Shown here piece after piece: positions 12,325 through 25,740 of a DNA stretch of 64,000 bases (position 1 is the first letter of the stretch; every line of letters starts with the position of its first letter). The DNA comes from Octopus sinensis (lineage: Eukaryota): the NCBI RefSeq assembly GCF_006345805.1, contig NC_043006.1, forward strand, positions 15,500,001 to 15,564,000. The letters run 5' to 3'. Made by a program: the position numbers and the translations under genes. Below the pieces are notes generated by a model, which was not told the DNA's origin, did not search any database, and saw nothing but the letters and a program-made list of their open reading frames with translations.

Positions 12325-12480
12325 CCTTTGCCTTTGTAGCAATTGACTAAATTGCTGCTACACCAGTCAATAGGTATGATACCTTCCTGATTTCAGGATG
12401 TAGAGCAGATAATAGAAAATGTCTTCAGTTCCTTACAATGAAATTTTCTGAGATGACCTGGAACCTCTTTCTGATAACCA
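12325..12480 (-). mobile_element. Short RTE/BovB-like LINE RT-region fragment
   Basis: Manual translation EGIIPIDWCSSNLVNCYKGKGDAL (PxDW...YKGKGD motif upstream of RT). Confidence 0.65.
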
Positions 12481-13190
12481 GATGAACTATGAAAATATAG
12501 AATAAAATGATATTTTTATAGAGAAAACGAAACACGTGTAGTCTCAGCTTAAATCTTTAAGTACGTAATCTCACTTTATCCAATCGTTAATACCCACCCG
12601 TTACTGCTACATATAGATATATGATGACTGAAATGTTTTGCACATATCACTTCGGATTGCATATATACTTGAATCTTCTGCAGGTCTGACACATTTTAGC
12701 GAATTTTAACTGCAAAATTAACGTTTATTACTTGAGATTTAAACTACATTTTATTTTACAGCTTTTATCCTTATTTTGATTTATATACTTTTCTTACTAA
12801 TGCTCTTTTCTTTAATTTCAGTTTTTTCGGCGTTACTATTGTAAATAGTGTTGCTATGACAGGAATTGCAGTTTCTTCTTTGTACCTTGACTATTCGTTA
12901 AGAGTTGAATTCATACATTTCGATTGTAATATTTGTCGTCCTTGTCGATTTTTTTCTATTCGCTTTGGTTCGTATTACCTTTCCTTTTCTGCTTTTACTA
13001 TTGCCGCCTCATTTGAGCTGTTACAAATTATACTTGACATTAGTTATAAGCTGTTATATGCAACATATATGAAATTTCACGCTAGAACGCTTTCTTTGGA
13101 GAAAAACGATCAGCCATGAATTACTTAACAGAGAGGTATACTTATACAATGTTATTTTACAGTGAATATTATTATGTAAGCGATAACTAT

Positions 13191-13537
13191 GTGAAAGCAC
13201 ATGACTCAGTGGTTAGAGCGTCGGGATCCCAATCATAAGGTAGTGAGTTCGGTCCCCGGACAGGGCTGTGTGTTCTGTTCTAGAGCAAGCCACTTTATTT
13301 CGCGTTGTTCCAGTTCACTCAGCTGTAGAAATGAGCTGTGATGTCACTGGTGCCAAGCTGTATCAGCCTTTGTCTTTCCCTTGGATAACACTGGTGGCGT
13401 GGGGAGGGGAGGCTGGTATGCATGGCTGACTGCTGGTCTTCCATAAACAATGTTGCCCGAACTTGTGCCTAGAAGGGGTAACTTTCTAGGTACAGTACAT
13501 AGTCATTCATGACCGAAAGGGGTCGTTACCCTTTTCC
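13191..13537 (+). mobile_element. SINE family B (tRNA head; tail ending catgaccgaaaggggtc)
   Basis: A box tgactcagtgg, B box gagttcggtcc; homologous to the minus-strand copy at 59998-60308. Confidence 0.85.
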
Positions 13538-14027
13538 CTGATAGCTATTCAGAAGCAATTTAACTATGCAATTATTTGTCAATAGTAACGCGACATTTTA
13601 TGAGATACTATAAAATAATATTATACAGTCACGCGATTACATCTCTCAGACTCACCGAAAATATAATTTTATAACAGAATTCTTCATCTAAAAAAACCCC
13701 AATCAAATCATGATTGGAGTAATTAGTAATTCATGTCATTCATACTTTTCTCATAATTAAACCGCGATTAAACTGGAGTGAAATACGTAAAAATATGAAT
13801 AGATACTTTGTAGATGATTTGCTTTTAGAGGTATTTAATTTATTCCTACTACAGTACAAGGATACTTGATAGTTTTTCTTCGGGAAACGTTTTAGAGGAA
13901 GAAAACCGAAAGTAACCACAATGTTTGAAATGTCGAAATAATGAGGAATCATAGTGAATCTGGTTTTCATTCTCAGTCATCTTCTTTCATATTGGTGTTG
14001 TCCCTATAAAGGGGCTGAGCACTTTAC

Positions 14028-14076
14028 CTTCGATTTACGTTGTAAATGTTTCCGTTGGATATTAGCAAGCTGATGC
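14028..14076 (-). CDS. Candidate isolated 49-nt exon (xHQLANIQRKHLQRKSK or xISLLISNGNIYNVNR), product unknown
   Basis: Strong acceptor ctttactcacttttctgttgcag and donor AAG/gtaaagt; two frames open; no homology recognised. Confidence 0.25.
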
Positions 14077-14562
14077 CTGCAACAGAAAAGTGAGTAAAGA
14101 GAAGAATTCCAGACGCTCGTCGTTCTGGAGTGCAATTAAAGGACGTAGTAATTAGTAAAAAGCCTTGGACTGGATACAATATCGGTGACGTGGAAATGGG
14201 AGAAGAATGGGTAGACCATGTCTAATTGGTGGTGGTATGAAATAAATGAGCTCCGAATAGCAGAGGTCATGGCAGTAACGGTAGAAAAAATAGAGCGAGG
14301 AGCAATAACATGTCCGTGAGTCACGGATTCTAAGATAACCATTTGCTTTACCCGTCTTAATGCCAATCCATATTGATTAAACTATCATAGACAAATGAAG
14401 AGAATGAGTATCACAGAGTCTAACGTCCGTTTGTGTATAAGACATTGCAACCATGTTTGTATCGTTTCAAATTCTATCATATTATGTTACTGTTTACTTA
14501 GGTACGTACTGGCGAAGCTCGCTTATTAATCTACAGCTAACATCACCAGAAAATAAGATACC

Positions 14563-14795
14563 TATTTCTTTACTACCCACAAGGGGCTAAACACAGAGAG
14601 GACAAGCAAGGACAGACAAACGGAGTAAGTCGATTATATCGACCCCAGTGCGTAACTGGTACTTAATTTATCGACCCCTAAAGGATGAAAGGCAAAGTAG
14701 ACCTCGGCGGAATTTGAACTCAGAACGTAGCGGCAGAAGAAATACGGCTACACATTTCGCCCGGCGTGCTAACGTTTCTGCCAGCTCGCCGCCTT
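14563..14795 (-). mobile_element. SINE family D monomer with 20-bp TSD
   Basis: TSD tcaccagaaa(a/g)taagatacc at 14543-14562 and 14796-14815. Confidence 0.9.
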
Positions 14796-15289
14796 TCACC
14801 AGAAAGTAAGATACCATGAATGATTACTTTGAATTCTGTCTAGTCGTACTATTGTTGCAAAAGAAAGTTTTACAAAAAAGATTTGTGGAAAATGTTAAAC
14901 AACGTTTTTCGTACTGACATAATACAATGTGTCGTCATGCTGTGAGAAATCAGTGCGTTAAACGATTAAGTCTGTGCACATATTTACAATGGTGATGACA
15001 AGCATAATTTTTTCATATCAACTAGGGTATATACACATTGAATTGATTTTTGAAAAAAATCAGAATTTAGTGGTTTTAATATTCCGAAATATGAGCCAAT
15101 CTTTGGAATGCCAATACAAAAAAAAAAAAAGAAAAGAAATAAAATTTAATGTAAATAATTACATTTATAGATTTTTGACAAAGACAGAATGCTACGATTT
15201 ATATGGACGACGTGGGACTAGATTGGAGTTTATCCGCGACATTGGAAGGAAAGAAAGTGAATTTATTCTGCAATGAAGTATTACGTAAT

Positions 15290-15319
15290 CAAATATATAC
15301 ATACATCTCTCTCTCTTGC

Positions 15320-15363
<44 letters not shown>

Positions 15364-15459
15364 ATATGTGTGTGTGTGTGGTGTGTGTATATATACATAT
15401 ATGTATATATATGTATGTATATATAATATATATATATATATATATCTACATATTGTATA

Positions 15460-15500
<41 letters not shown>

Positions 15501-15583
15501 ACATATATGTATATAAATGTATATATATATATGTATATATATATATGTATATGTATATATATTATATATATATATATTATATA

Positions 15584-15651
<68 letters not shown>

Positions 15652-15680
15652 GTATATATGCATATACACATACACATGTT
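15290..15680. repeat. (TA)n-dominated compound microsatellite
   Basis: Direct reading. Confidence 0.95.
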
Positions 15681-16528
15681 CTAGGAGAGAAACTAACTCA
15701 CTAAATTTTGATTCTTAATTGAATAATTCTGTATGTACATTTTTATCGGTGTAAATATTTCTTTCGGCACACACTTAACAGAAATACATAAGGTTATATA
15801 CGATTTATTGCAATATACGAGATCTCATTAACTTAAACATGTCGATCCCGTATCATCTTCGACCATCATGTCTGCCGTATTCTTCAGCCCCATAATTGTA
15901 TTTCAAGGCGATAAAAAAAATGTATTATATATACGTGGACGTGTCTCTGAGTATGCGAGATAAAGCTATATCTAGTAGTTCAGCAACCACATACCTGTCT
16001 TCGTTCCTTTATCGTAAATATATAAAATTCATTTATTTAACAAGAAAACAACTTGAAAACTTTCCAGGTTCGTAGACTGTTTGAAACAATGAACATTTTA
16101 AGAGATGGGTGACAGAACAGGTCGAGTGCCTGCGGAAAAAATTGCAGGATATATATTAAGGTCTTGAATTCAAATGCTTCCAGAGTGAATTTTAACTTTC
16201 ATCCTTCTAGAGTCGATAAAATAGGTACCTCGGAATATGTGGCCTTTTAGCTAATGCCGTAAATCAATAATTATCTTGCAAACTCTGCAGAAAGTCCCTA
16301 TAGTTTAAAGAAGAGTGAAACAGAAGTTATCTGGAAGTTACCTTTATGTCTTTTCCAAAGAAATTATCGATGCAAATGAAAGGAAATTGGTTTCAACTGA
16401 GGATTGTTGGGAACCTAATCTCTCGCTATAATGTCTAAGAAACACACCACTCGTAGTAATACATCACAAACTACGTTTGCTATCAATAACCTAAAATTAG
16501 TGCTCTTCCTTTTAAACTGATATATGTA

Positions 16529-16529
<1 letters not shown>

Positions 16530-16577
<48 letters not shown>

Positions 16578-16755
16578 ATATATATATATATAGTATGTAT
16601 GTATGTATGTATGTATGTATGTATGTATGTATGTATGTATGTATGTATGTATGTATATATATATGTATAAGTATATGTATATATAAAATATGAATTAGAG
16701 ATAAAGCCACTATTATGCAGCTCAAACAGTGATAGACATAAACCAATACATAACT

Positions 16756-16788
<33 letters not shown>

Positions 16789-16931
16789 TTCCCACAAAAG
16801 TATAAAATATATATATTTTTCCCCCAAAAGTATAAAATATATATATATATATATACACATACACTCACACACACGCGCACATACATACACTCACACACAC
16901 ACAAACACACACATATATATGTATGTGCTTG

Positions 16932-16966
<35 letters not shown>

Positions 16967-16985
16967 ATGTGTGGGTGTGTGTCTG
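16530..16985. repeat. (TA)n/(TATG)n/(CA)n/(TG)n compound microsatellite with a short duplicated ccccaaaagtataaaat unit
   Basis: Direct reading. Confidence 0.9.
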
Positions 16986-17509
16986 TGCGCGTCTGTGGCT
17001 TCGTATAGGAATTTCGATATTAATAACCAGTTGTAACAGCACTGCATACATATCCTTTAGTAAAAAGGTATCAGGTGAATACAAAGCATAATATCAAATA
17101 ATGAATGACAAAAGAACAGGAGTTATGTAACAACTTTCTTTCGTTCTCAGCTGTTTCTTATTTTGAGAAACATTGCTCAAAGCTTAGTTCCCGTGCAGCA
17201 TTCTTATAGCTCAAACAATAGCGTTCGTAAAATTTTTTTATCACGTTTGGCTTAACAACCCTTCTTGTTTGGGTTACTGTTATTCTCCCTGTCCTGCCTT
17301 TTACTGGTTATATATTGTACTGTCGTTACTGTCCTGTTTTTGTTACCATTTTTACCCCTCCGCAAAAAAATCTCAAATTTTATTTAATTTGATTTTCGCG
17401 GGAAGGAAATTTTCATTGAAGTTATGTATCACCTTGACCTTCGAAACGTGGAGTAGATGAAACGTGGAGTCCTGTACCCATATATACATGTAGAGGTAGG
17501 TACGTACAT

Positions 17510-18690
<1,181 letters not shown>

Positions 18691-20719
18691 TTCTGTTGGT
18701 GTTGCGGTTGTCCCCCACCACCGTTTGATAAACGCTTGGCTTAAACGCTCGGTGTCAATCCTTTGATTTACAGCAAAGCATAGATTTATTGAGTTTTAAC
18801 GACTGGTTATTGATGTCACTATGTCTAAGCGAAATCAATATATATCTGGACTGTGCTGTCGAGAACGAAATGGCAGACGACGGTTCATGAACTTTTTGCT
18901 GATCAACCTGCACAGTTGATTTGCTTGTAGCGATCTCATGTTTGTGCTATACTTTTGCTCAATCCTTCCATCAAATCCACACCATCCTGTAGAAGTGCAG
19001 AGCGTGCCGAACGTCAGATGTCGAAGTAATCGCAGAGCAACATGAAATGATGTGGTGTGCCGAAGACAACAACACACCACTCGGTTCGATCAGAAATATT
19101 TGTAGAAATATCCTAGCATTATGTCATTGCAAACTCAGATATATTTTTCTAACAATGGGGTTGGTCCCATATTTTGGAGAGGGTACAGTTAATTTAATCG
19201 ACCACTGTAGTAGAGTTGTAGGCGGATGGTTGGTAGAATCATGAGAGCGTCACATTGAATGCCTTGTGATAATTGCAGTTTCTTTCGGTTCAGATTTCCC
19301 GTTGTGGTCAGCTTTGCTTTCTATTATTCCCTGGCCACTAGATAGGGTACCATTCAAGTACTAAGTTCAACTTTTCTTTATTTATTTGCCTCGCTCTCTT
19401 GGAATCGGGTACACTACATTGTGAGAGGGTTGTGAGCGATTTATCACAGAGTTCCTTTACTTCAAGATTTATTAGAAAAAGGTTTGGTTTTTGGCGAATG
19501 ACCTTTAAAAGAAATCATAACAGATGGCGGACTTGATAAAATGGCTGTTACGGTACTGTAAGAAAATAACCAAGCAAAAAATAATTACTTTAGTTGTATT
19601 TGATTTTTACATGTACAGCATCAACTTTCCGGACATTGATCGCCTGGAATCTCTTATAATCTGAATAAATTTTCGAGCAGGGGCTTCAGACTGCCGTGTC
19701 AGCGAGACTAGTTTACTATTACTTTCTAGAGTCTAGGACCTAGCACACTACAGTATCAATTTTGTTTCATTTATACTAATGTACAAGTACGTGTAAATTG
19801 TTTAAGTAAATTTAATATTTATATAATTTTCTGAGTGCTGACAAAGGTGGCCACCTCTGGTTCGGAATAATTAATAATTCGGAAAGGTTTTTGAATCGAA
19901 GGTTTTGGAAAATTGATGTTGGGTGCAAAGAAGACATGCACTCAACACCAGAGCTGAAGACACCTCCGAAATGGGGGGGGGGCGCCACGTCAAAACGGTA
20001 GAGGAGTAGGGGCCGAAACCAGATATGGTTCCTCCTGATGATGTCTTAAGTTAACTCGATCCTATAAAGGAGCTGTTGTGGTAGCAGACCACGAAACACG
20101 ATTGTAATTCCTTATACGTTGTTTCAATAAACCCGGAAAGAATAAAAGAATTCGACTTTAAGATTCGAAATCAGAACGTAATATTCCGTATATAAATTCT
20201 GCGTATCAGTTCGTATGAAAGATTAGCGTTTCTGCCAATCTAGCAAAAGCATCAGATGCTAATTACTCTTAATAATTTAGCTAATCCGTCTAATTATCGA
20301 TATTGCTTTACGAACTTTATATCGCTATTTCGTATCAATTCAAACAAACGTTCCGTTAATCATAAATTACATTACGTGGTAGGAATTTTCTAATGGTAAC
20401 TCATGAATATATTATATATTATTATTGTTCTATTTATCTCAGTTAATGACTATCTGTCAAATTAATTTCCAGATTCAATTAACATTTACATTGCGTTAAT
20501 ATGAAATTTGAGATATCTTCTTTAATGCAATCTAAGTATTAAGATACATGTGTTTAGAGATCTGTCACCTACAAACAACCATTAATAGCTAATTGATCTG
20601 CTTATTGATCACTAAACTTCGGAAGGAAATTTCATTTAGTATACAGATACTTCTGGTGAATGTAGAGTGAATATATTATAGGTTAAATTATGTGTATGTT
20701 GAGTAAAGCCTGTATCTGT

Positions 20720-20850
<131 letters not shown>

Positions 20851-20869
20851 TCATCGTTGTTACTATAGA

Positions 20870-21486
20870 GTGAGAGAGCGGCAAATGCAATTAAACTGAC
20901 ACTGGGGTACAAATATACGAAGCCCAATATACCCATCATGACTGGTTGTGATACATGTTCCTGGGTACACCCGGCACATGTATCACAACCATATGTGCGT
21001 CACATGGTGATCTCATATCAAGATATACAACGCACGTCATGGCAGGTGGGGCCCAGTTAGAATTTTCTTCATGTCGATTAAGCCCATCCCACGCAAAAAG
21101 TCCCTGAATAACGGTCGTTTAAGGATTTTGAAGGAAACGCCCATGTTTCTAGAAGCAAATTATTTAAACCCCAAAGAAATCCTCTCAACACATGGCTATG
21201 ATTCTTTCCTTCTGCTCGTGATCAGAGATGCACATATCGTCAGCCATTAAGGGACATGCTCAACTGATTAAGGTCCAGCAACTGACAAGCAAATCTGTTG
21301 GTGTTGCGCTTGTCCCCCACCACTGTAGTACTGAGCAGAATATTTGCTGCAGTCCATCTTTTATGGCAAGACAAAATTAGTACATGATAACAATCAGTTC
21401 AGATCAGAAGCCATGAGTGTCAGTGCCTGGTATTGCAGTGGGGTTTAGTTAAGATCAGGTGGCATGAAAGCCATGCCTGGTGTTGC
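20870..21486. mobile_element. Unclassified, probably interspersed non-coding repeat
   Basis: GC-elevated block bounded by microsatellites; resembles a common octopus repeat as recalled from memory; no second copy in window. Confidence 0.35.
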
Positions 21487-21493
21487 ATTATTA

Positions 21494-21553
<60 letters not shown>

Positions 21554-22099
21554 CATTCAGTAGTTTTATTTTTATAGCGTGCTTTCACTTCACTACCGAG
21601 CGCAGCTCTGTGTGCCTTAGGTATGTGCTGTGATTTGTTGTGATGCTCTGATGGTTATTGTATGGAAAGTGTTCTGCGTAGGATGTGTGCAGTGCCTAGT
21701 AGTGCAGTTTTCTGTATGTTATATGTGTTTGTAAGTCATGGTGTTTTTGTTATGTATTTGTCTGAATATTTTTTATCATGCCTAATGCACCTACTATGAT
21801 AGGAATTGTTTCTGTTTTTAGATTCCACATTCTGGTTACCTCTATTTCCAGGTCTTTGTATTTTGAGAGTTTCTCCATTTCTTTTAGAGACACGTTGTCA
21901 TCTGCCGGTATTGATACATCAATTAGAAAGCCTTTTTTTCTTCATGATCTCTGACAACTATATCTGGTCTGTTGGCCTTAATTTCTCTATCTGTGTGTAT
22001 CGGCATATCCCAGAGTATGGTTGCTTTCTCGTTTTCTGTGACCTTTTCTGGTGTGTGCCTATACAATCTTTTTCCTGTTGTTGTTCCATAATGTTGGCA

Positions 22100-22100
<1 letters not shown>
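21554..22100 (-). mobile_element. 5'-truncated Dong-1 3' fragment (endonuclease region + 3' UTR) in (TAA)n
   Basis: Highly similar to 25736-26280; (ATT)n on both sides. Confidence 0.95.
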
Positions 22101-22174
<74 letters not shown>

Positions 22175-22293
22175 CAGCAGCAGCAGCAGCTGTAGTAGTA
22201 GTAGTGGTAGTAGTAGTAGTATAGTAGTAGTAGTAGCAGCAGCAGCAGCAGCTGTAGTAGTAGTAGTAGTGGTAGTAGTAGTAGTAGTAGTAT

Positions 22294-22326
<33 letters not shown>

Positions 22327-22358
22327 GGTAGTAGTAGTAGTAGTAGTAGTAGTAGTAT
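22101..22358. repeat. Compound (ATT)n-(AGT)n-(AGC)n trinucleotide repeat, duplicated at 24058-24310
   Basis: Direct reading. Confidence 0.95.
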
Positions 22359-23511
22359 TACGTTATTGCAATTTCTTAAAGTCGATGTACTTCTGTACTC
22401 AGCTCTGACGTACTTTGTTTTGTATTTTCTACTGTATTAAAAAGTACAGAATTTTTCTACTGCACCCACCAGTACTCTGTTCGCCGTGAATTGTAATGCA
22501 TTTTTCTGTATGCTTTGCATAATTGTAATTCCTCTACTTGTATCTATTTGCATGTTGTAATAATGTTTAGGTTGTATAATTGTGTGTTGCTTGCTATCAT
22601 CATATCCTGATATTTATATTTCGATGTATTCATCAAATTTTTATTTATATATAATATTATGAAGATGTAACTGTTGAAAGTTGTTTGTTTTTCCTTTTTA
22701 AACTCCGATTTTACTTCAAACAAGGTAAAAATCATCGGTGAATAATTTGAAAGTTTGGAATTTCTAACTTTAGATAGCTGGCAGGTATAAGTGATACCTT
22801 GTATCGGGTATCATCTAATATATGAATTGTTTTTGAAATTTATAAAAGTCAAAACAACATCTAAAGTTTTCCTTTTATATAATTTTTAAACTTTTTGATA
22901 TTTTCTCGAAGAAAGAAGTTTAGGCATTTTGAACTCGTTGAAGAATTAACAAATATATCTTATTCTTTAACATGAGAATTTAGCCCAAAGATGTAACTTA
23001 TATCTGGAGAAGTACAATAAAATAAAGACATAAAAACAATTTATATGTGATGATTTCCAAATGCAGATTCTTGTTAAAATTCCATACATTGAATAGAACA
23101 TAATTCTCCGAAGCTAAACTCGAATAATGCAGTATATTGTCAAACACGATTCAAAGAATTTATATTCATTTTTGTTTCACATACTGCATTGACGCCTTTC
23201 ATATTCATGTAATTTTCTGTCACTTATGCTGAGAAAAAGGAAAATGCCTTTATTTTCAAATGAATCTACCTCCTGGTGCAGCAAGCGTGGGATATTGAAA
23301 CAATTTTTGTATGAGGTTTGTAAGATTCCTGATGTGAAATCATGCAGTGGAAAAGATTTTGTATCTTGGGAGGATAATTATGGGAATAAGAAACACACGC
23401 TCTGCGCACTAGTTCTGTTTCACTTGTATTATTATTATTATTATTTATTATTATTATTATTTATTATTATTATTATTATTATATTATTATTATTATTATT
23501 ATTATTATTAT

Positions 23512-24057
23512 CATTCAGTAGTTTTATTTTTATAGCGTGCTTTCACTTCACTACCGAGCGCAGCTCTGTGTGCCTTAGGTATGTGCTGTGATTTGTTGTG
23601 ATGCTCTGATGGTTATTGTATGGAAATGTTCTGCGTAGGATGTGTGCAGTGCCTAGTAGTGCAGTTTTCTGTATGTTATATGTGTTTGTAAGTCATGGTG
23701 TTTTTGTTATGTATTTGTCTGAATATTTTTTATCATGCCTAATGCACCTACTATGATAGGAATTGTTTCTGTTTTTAGATTCCACATTCTGGTTACCTCT
23801 ATTTCCAGGTCTTTGTATTTTGAGAGTTTCTCCATTTCTTTTAGAGACACGTTGTCATCTGCCGGTATTGATACATCAATTAGAAAGCCTTTTTTTCTTC
23901 ATGATCTCTGACAACTATATCTGGTCTGTTGGCCTTAATTTCTCTATCTGTGTGTATCGGCATATCCCAGAGTATGGTTGCTTTCTCGTTTTCTGTGACC
24001 TTTTCTGGTGTGTGCCTATACAATCTTTTTCCTGTTGTTGTTCCATAATGTTGGCAT
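23512..24057 (-). mobile_element. Second copy of the 5'-truncated Dong-1 3' fragment
   Basis: Same truncation point (ttggcat/attatt) as 21554-22100. Confidence 0.95.
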
Positions 24058-24080
24058 ATTATTATTATTATTATTATTAT

Positions 24081-24128
<48 letters not shown>

Positions 24129-24160
24129 CAGCAGCAGCAGCAGCTGTAGTAGTAGTAGTG

Positions 24161-24194
<34 letters not shown>

Positions 24195-24246
24195 CAGCAG
24201 CAGCAGCTGTAGTAGTAGTAGTGGTAGTAGTAGTAGTAGTAGTAGT

Positions 24247-24279
<33 letters not shown>

Positions 24280-25392
24280 GGTAGTAGTAGTAGTAGTAGT
24301 AGTAGTAGTATTACGTTATTGCAATTTCTTAAAGTCGATGTACTTCTGTACTCAGCTCTGACGTACTTTGTTTTGTATTTTCTACTGTATTAAAAAGTAC
24401 AGAATTTTTCTACTGCACCCACCAGTACTCTGTTCGCCGTGAATTGTAATGCATTTTTCTGTATGCTTTGCATAATTGTAATTCCTCTACTTGTATCTAT
24501 TTGCATGTTTGTAATAATGTTTAGGTTGTATAATTGTGTGTTGCTTGCTATCATCATATCCTGATATTTATATTTCGATGTATTCATCAAATTTTTATTT
24601 ATATATAATATTATGAAGATGTAACTGTTGAAGTTGTTTGTTTTTCCTTTTTAAACTCCGATTTTACTTCAAACAAGGTAAAAATCATCGGTGAATAATT
24701 TGAAAGTTTGGAATTTCTAACTTTAGATAGCTGGCAGGTATAAGTGATACCTTGTATCGGGTATCATCTAATATATGAATTGTTTTTGAAATTTATAAAA
24801 GTCAAAACAACATCTAAAGTTTTCCTTTTATATAATTTTTAAACTTTTTGATATTTTCTCGAAGAAAGAAGTTTAGGCATTTTGAACTCGTTGAAGAATT
24901 AACAAATATATCTTATTCTTTAACATGAGAATTTAGCCCAAAGATGTAACTTATATCTGGAGAAGTACAATAAAATAAAGACATAAAAACAATTTATATG
25001 TGATGATTTCCAAATGCAGATTCTTGTTAAAATTCCATACATTGAATAGAACATAATTCTCCGAAGCTAAACTCGAATAATGCAGTATATTGTCAAACAC
25101 GATTCAAAGAATTTATATTCATTTTTGTTTCACATACTGCATTGACGCCTTTCATATTCATGTAATTTTCTGTCACTTATGCTGAGAAAAAGGAAAATGC
25201 CTTATTTTCAAATGAATCTACCTCCTGGTGCAGCAAGCGTGGGATATTGAAACAATTTTTGTATGAGGTTTGTAAGATTCCTGATGTGAAATCATGCAGT
25301 GGAAAAGATTTTGTATCTTGGGAGGATAATTATGGGAATAAGAAACACACGCTCTGCGCACTAGTTCTGTTTCACTTGTATTATTATTATTA

Positions 25393-25426
<34 letters not shown>

Positions 25427-25431
<5 letters not shown>

Positions 25432-25534
25432 TAGTTTTATTTTTATAGCGTGCTTTCACTTCACTACCGAGCGCAGCTCTGTGTGCCTTGGGTATGTGCT
25501 GTGATTTGTTGTGATGCTCTTATTATTATTATTA

Positions 25535-25569
<35 letters not shown>

Positions 25570-25680
25570 TATTATTATTATTATTATTATCAGTAGTTTT
25601 ATTTTTATAGCGTGCTTTCACTTCACTACCGAGCGCAGCTCTGTGTGCCTTGGGTATGTGCTGTGATTTGTTGTGATTCT
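25427..25680 (-). mobile_element. Two roughly 90-bp Dong-1 3'-UTR stubs separated by (TAA)n
   Basis: 25427-25520 and 25591-25680 copy the terminal 90 bp of the adjacent full-length element, including its ccttgggtatg variant. Confidence 0.9.
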
Positions 25681-25691
25681 TATTATTATTA

Positions 25692-25735
<44 letters not shown>

Positions 25736-25740
<5 letters not shown>

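Larger units (their letters stand above)
21554..25381. repeat. Direct tandem duplication, period about 1.95 kb (21554-23430 and 23512-25381)
   Basis: Dong fragment + compound microsatellite + about 1.07 kb unique sequence repeated nearly identically. Confidence 0.95.

Noticed and set aside
18820-18960. FMNFLLINL-HS*F-ACSDLMFVL, reminiscent of a class A GPCR TM2
   Set aside because: In-frame stop inside the motif, no TM1 or TM3 around it; probably chance.
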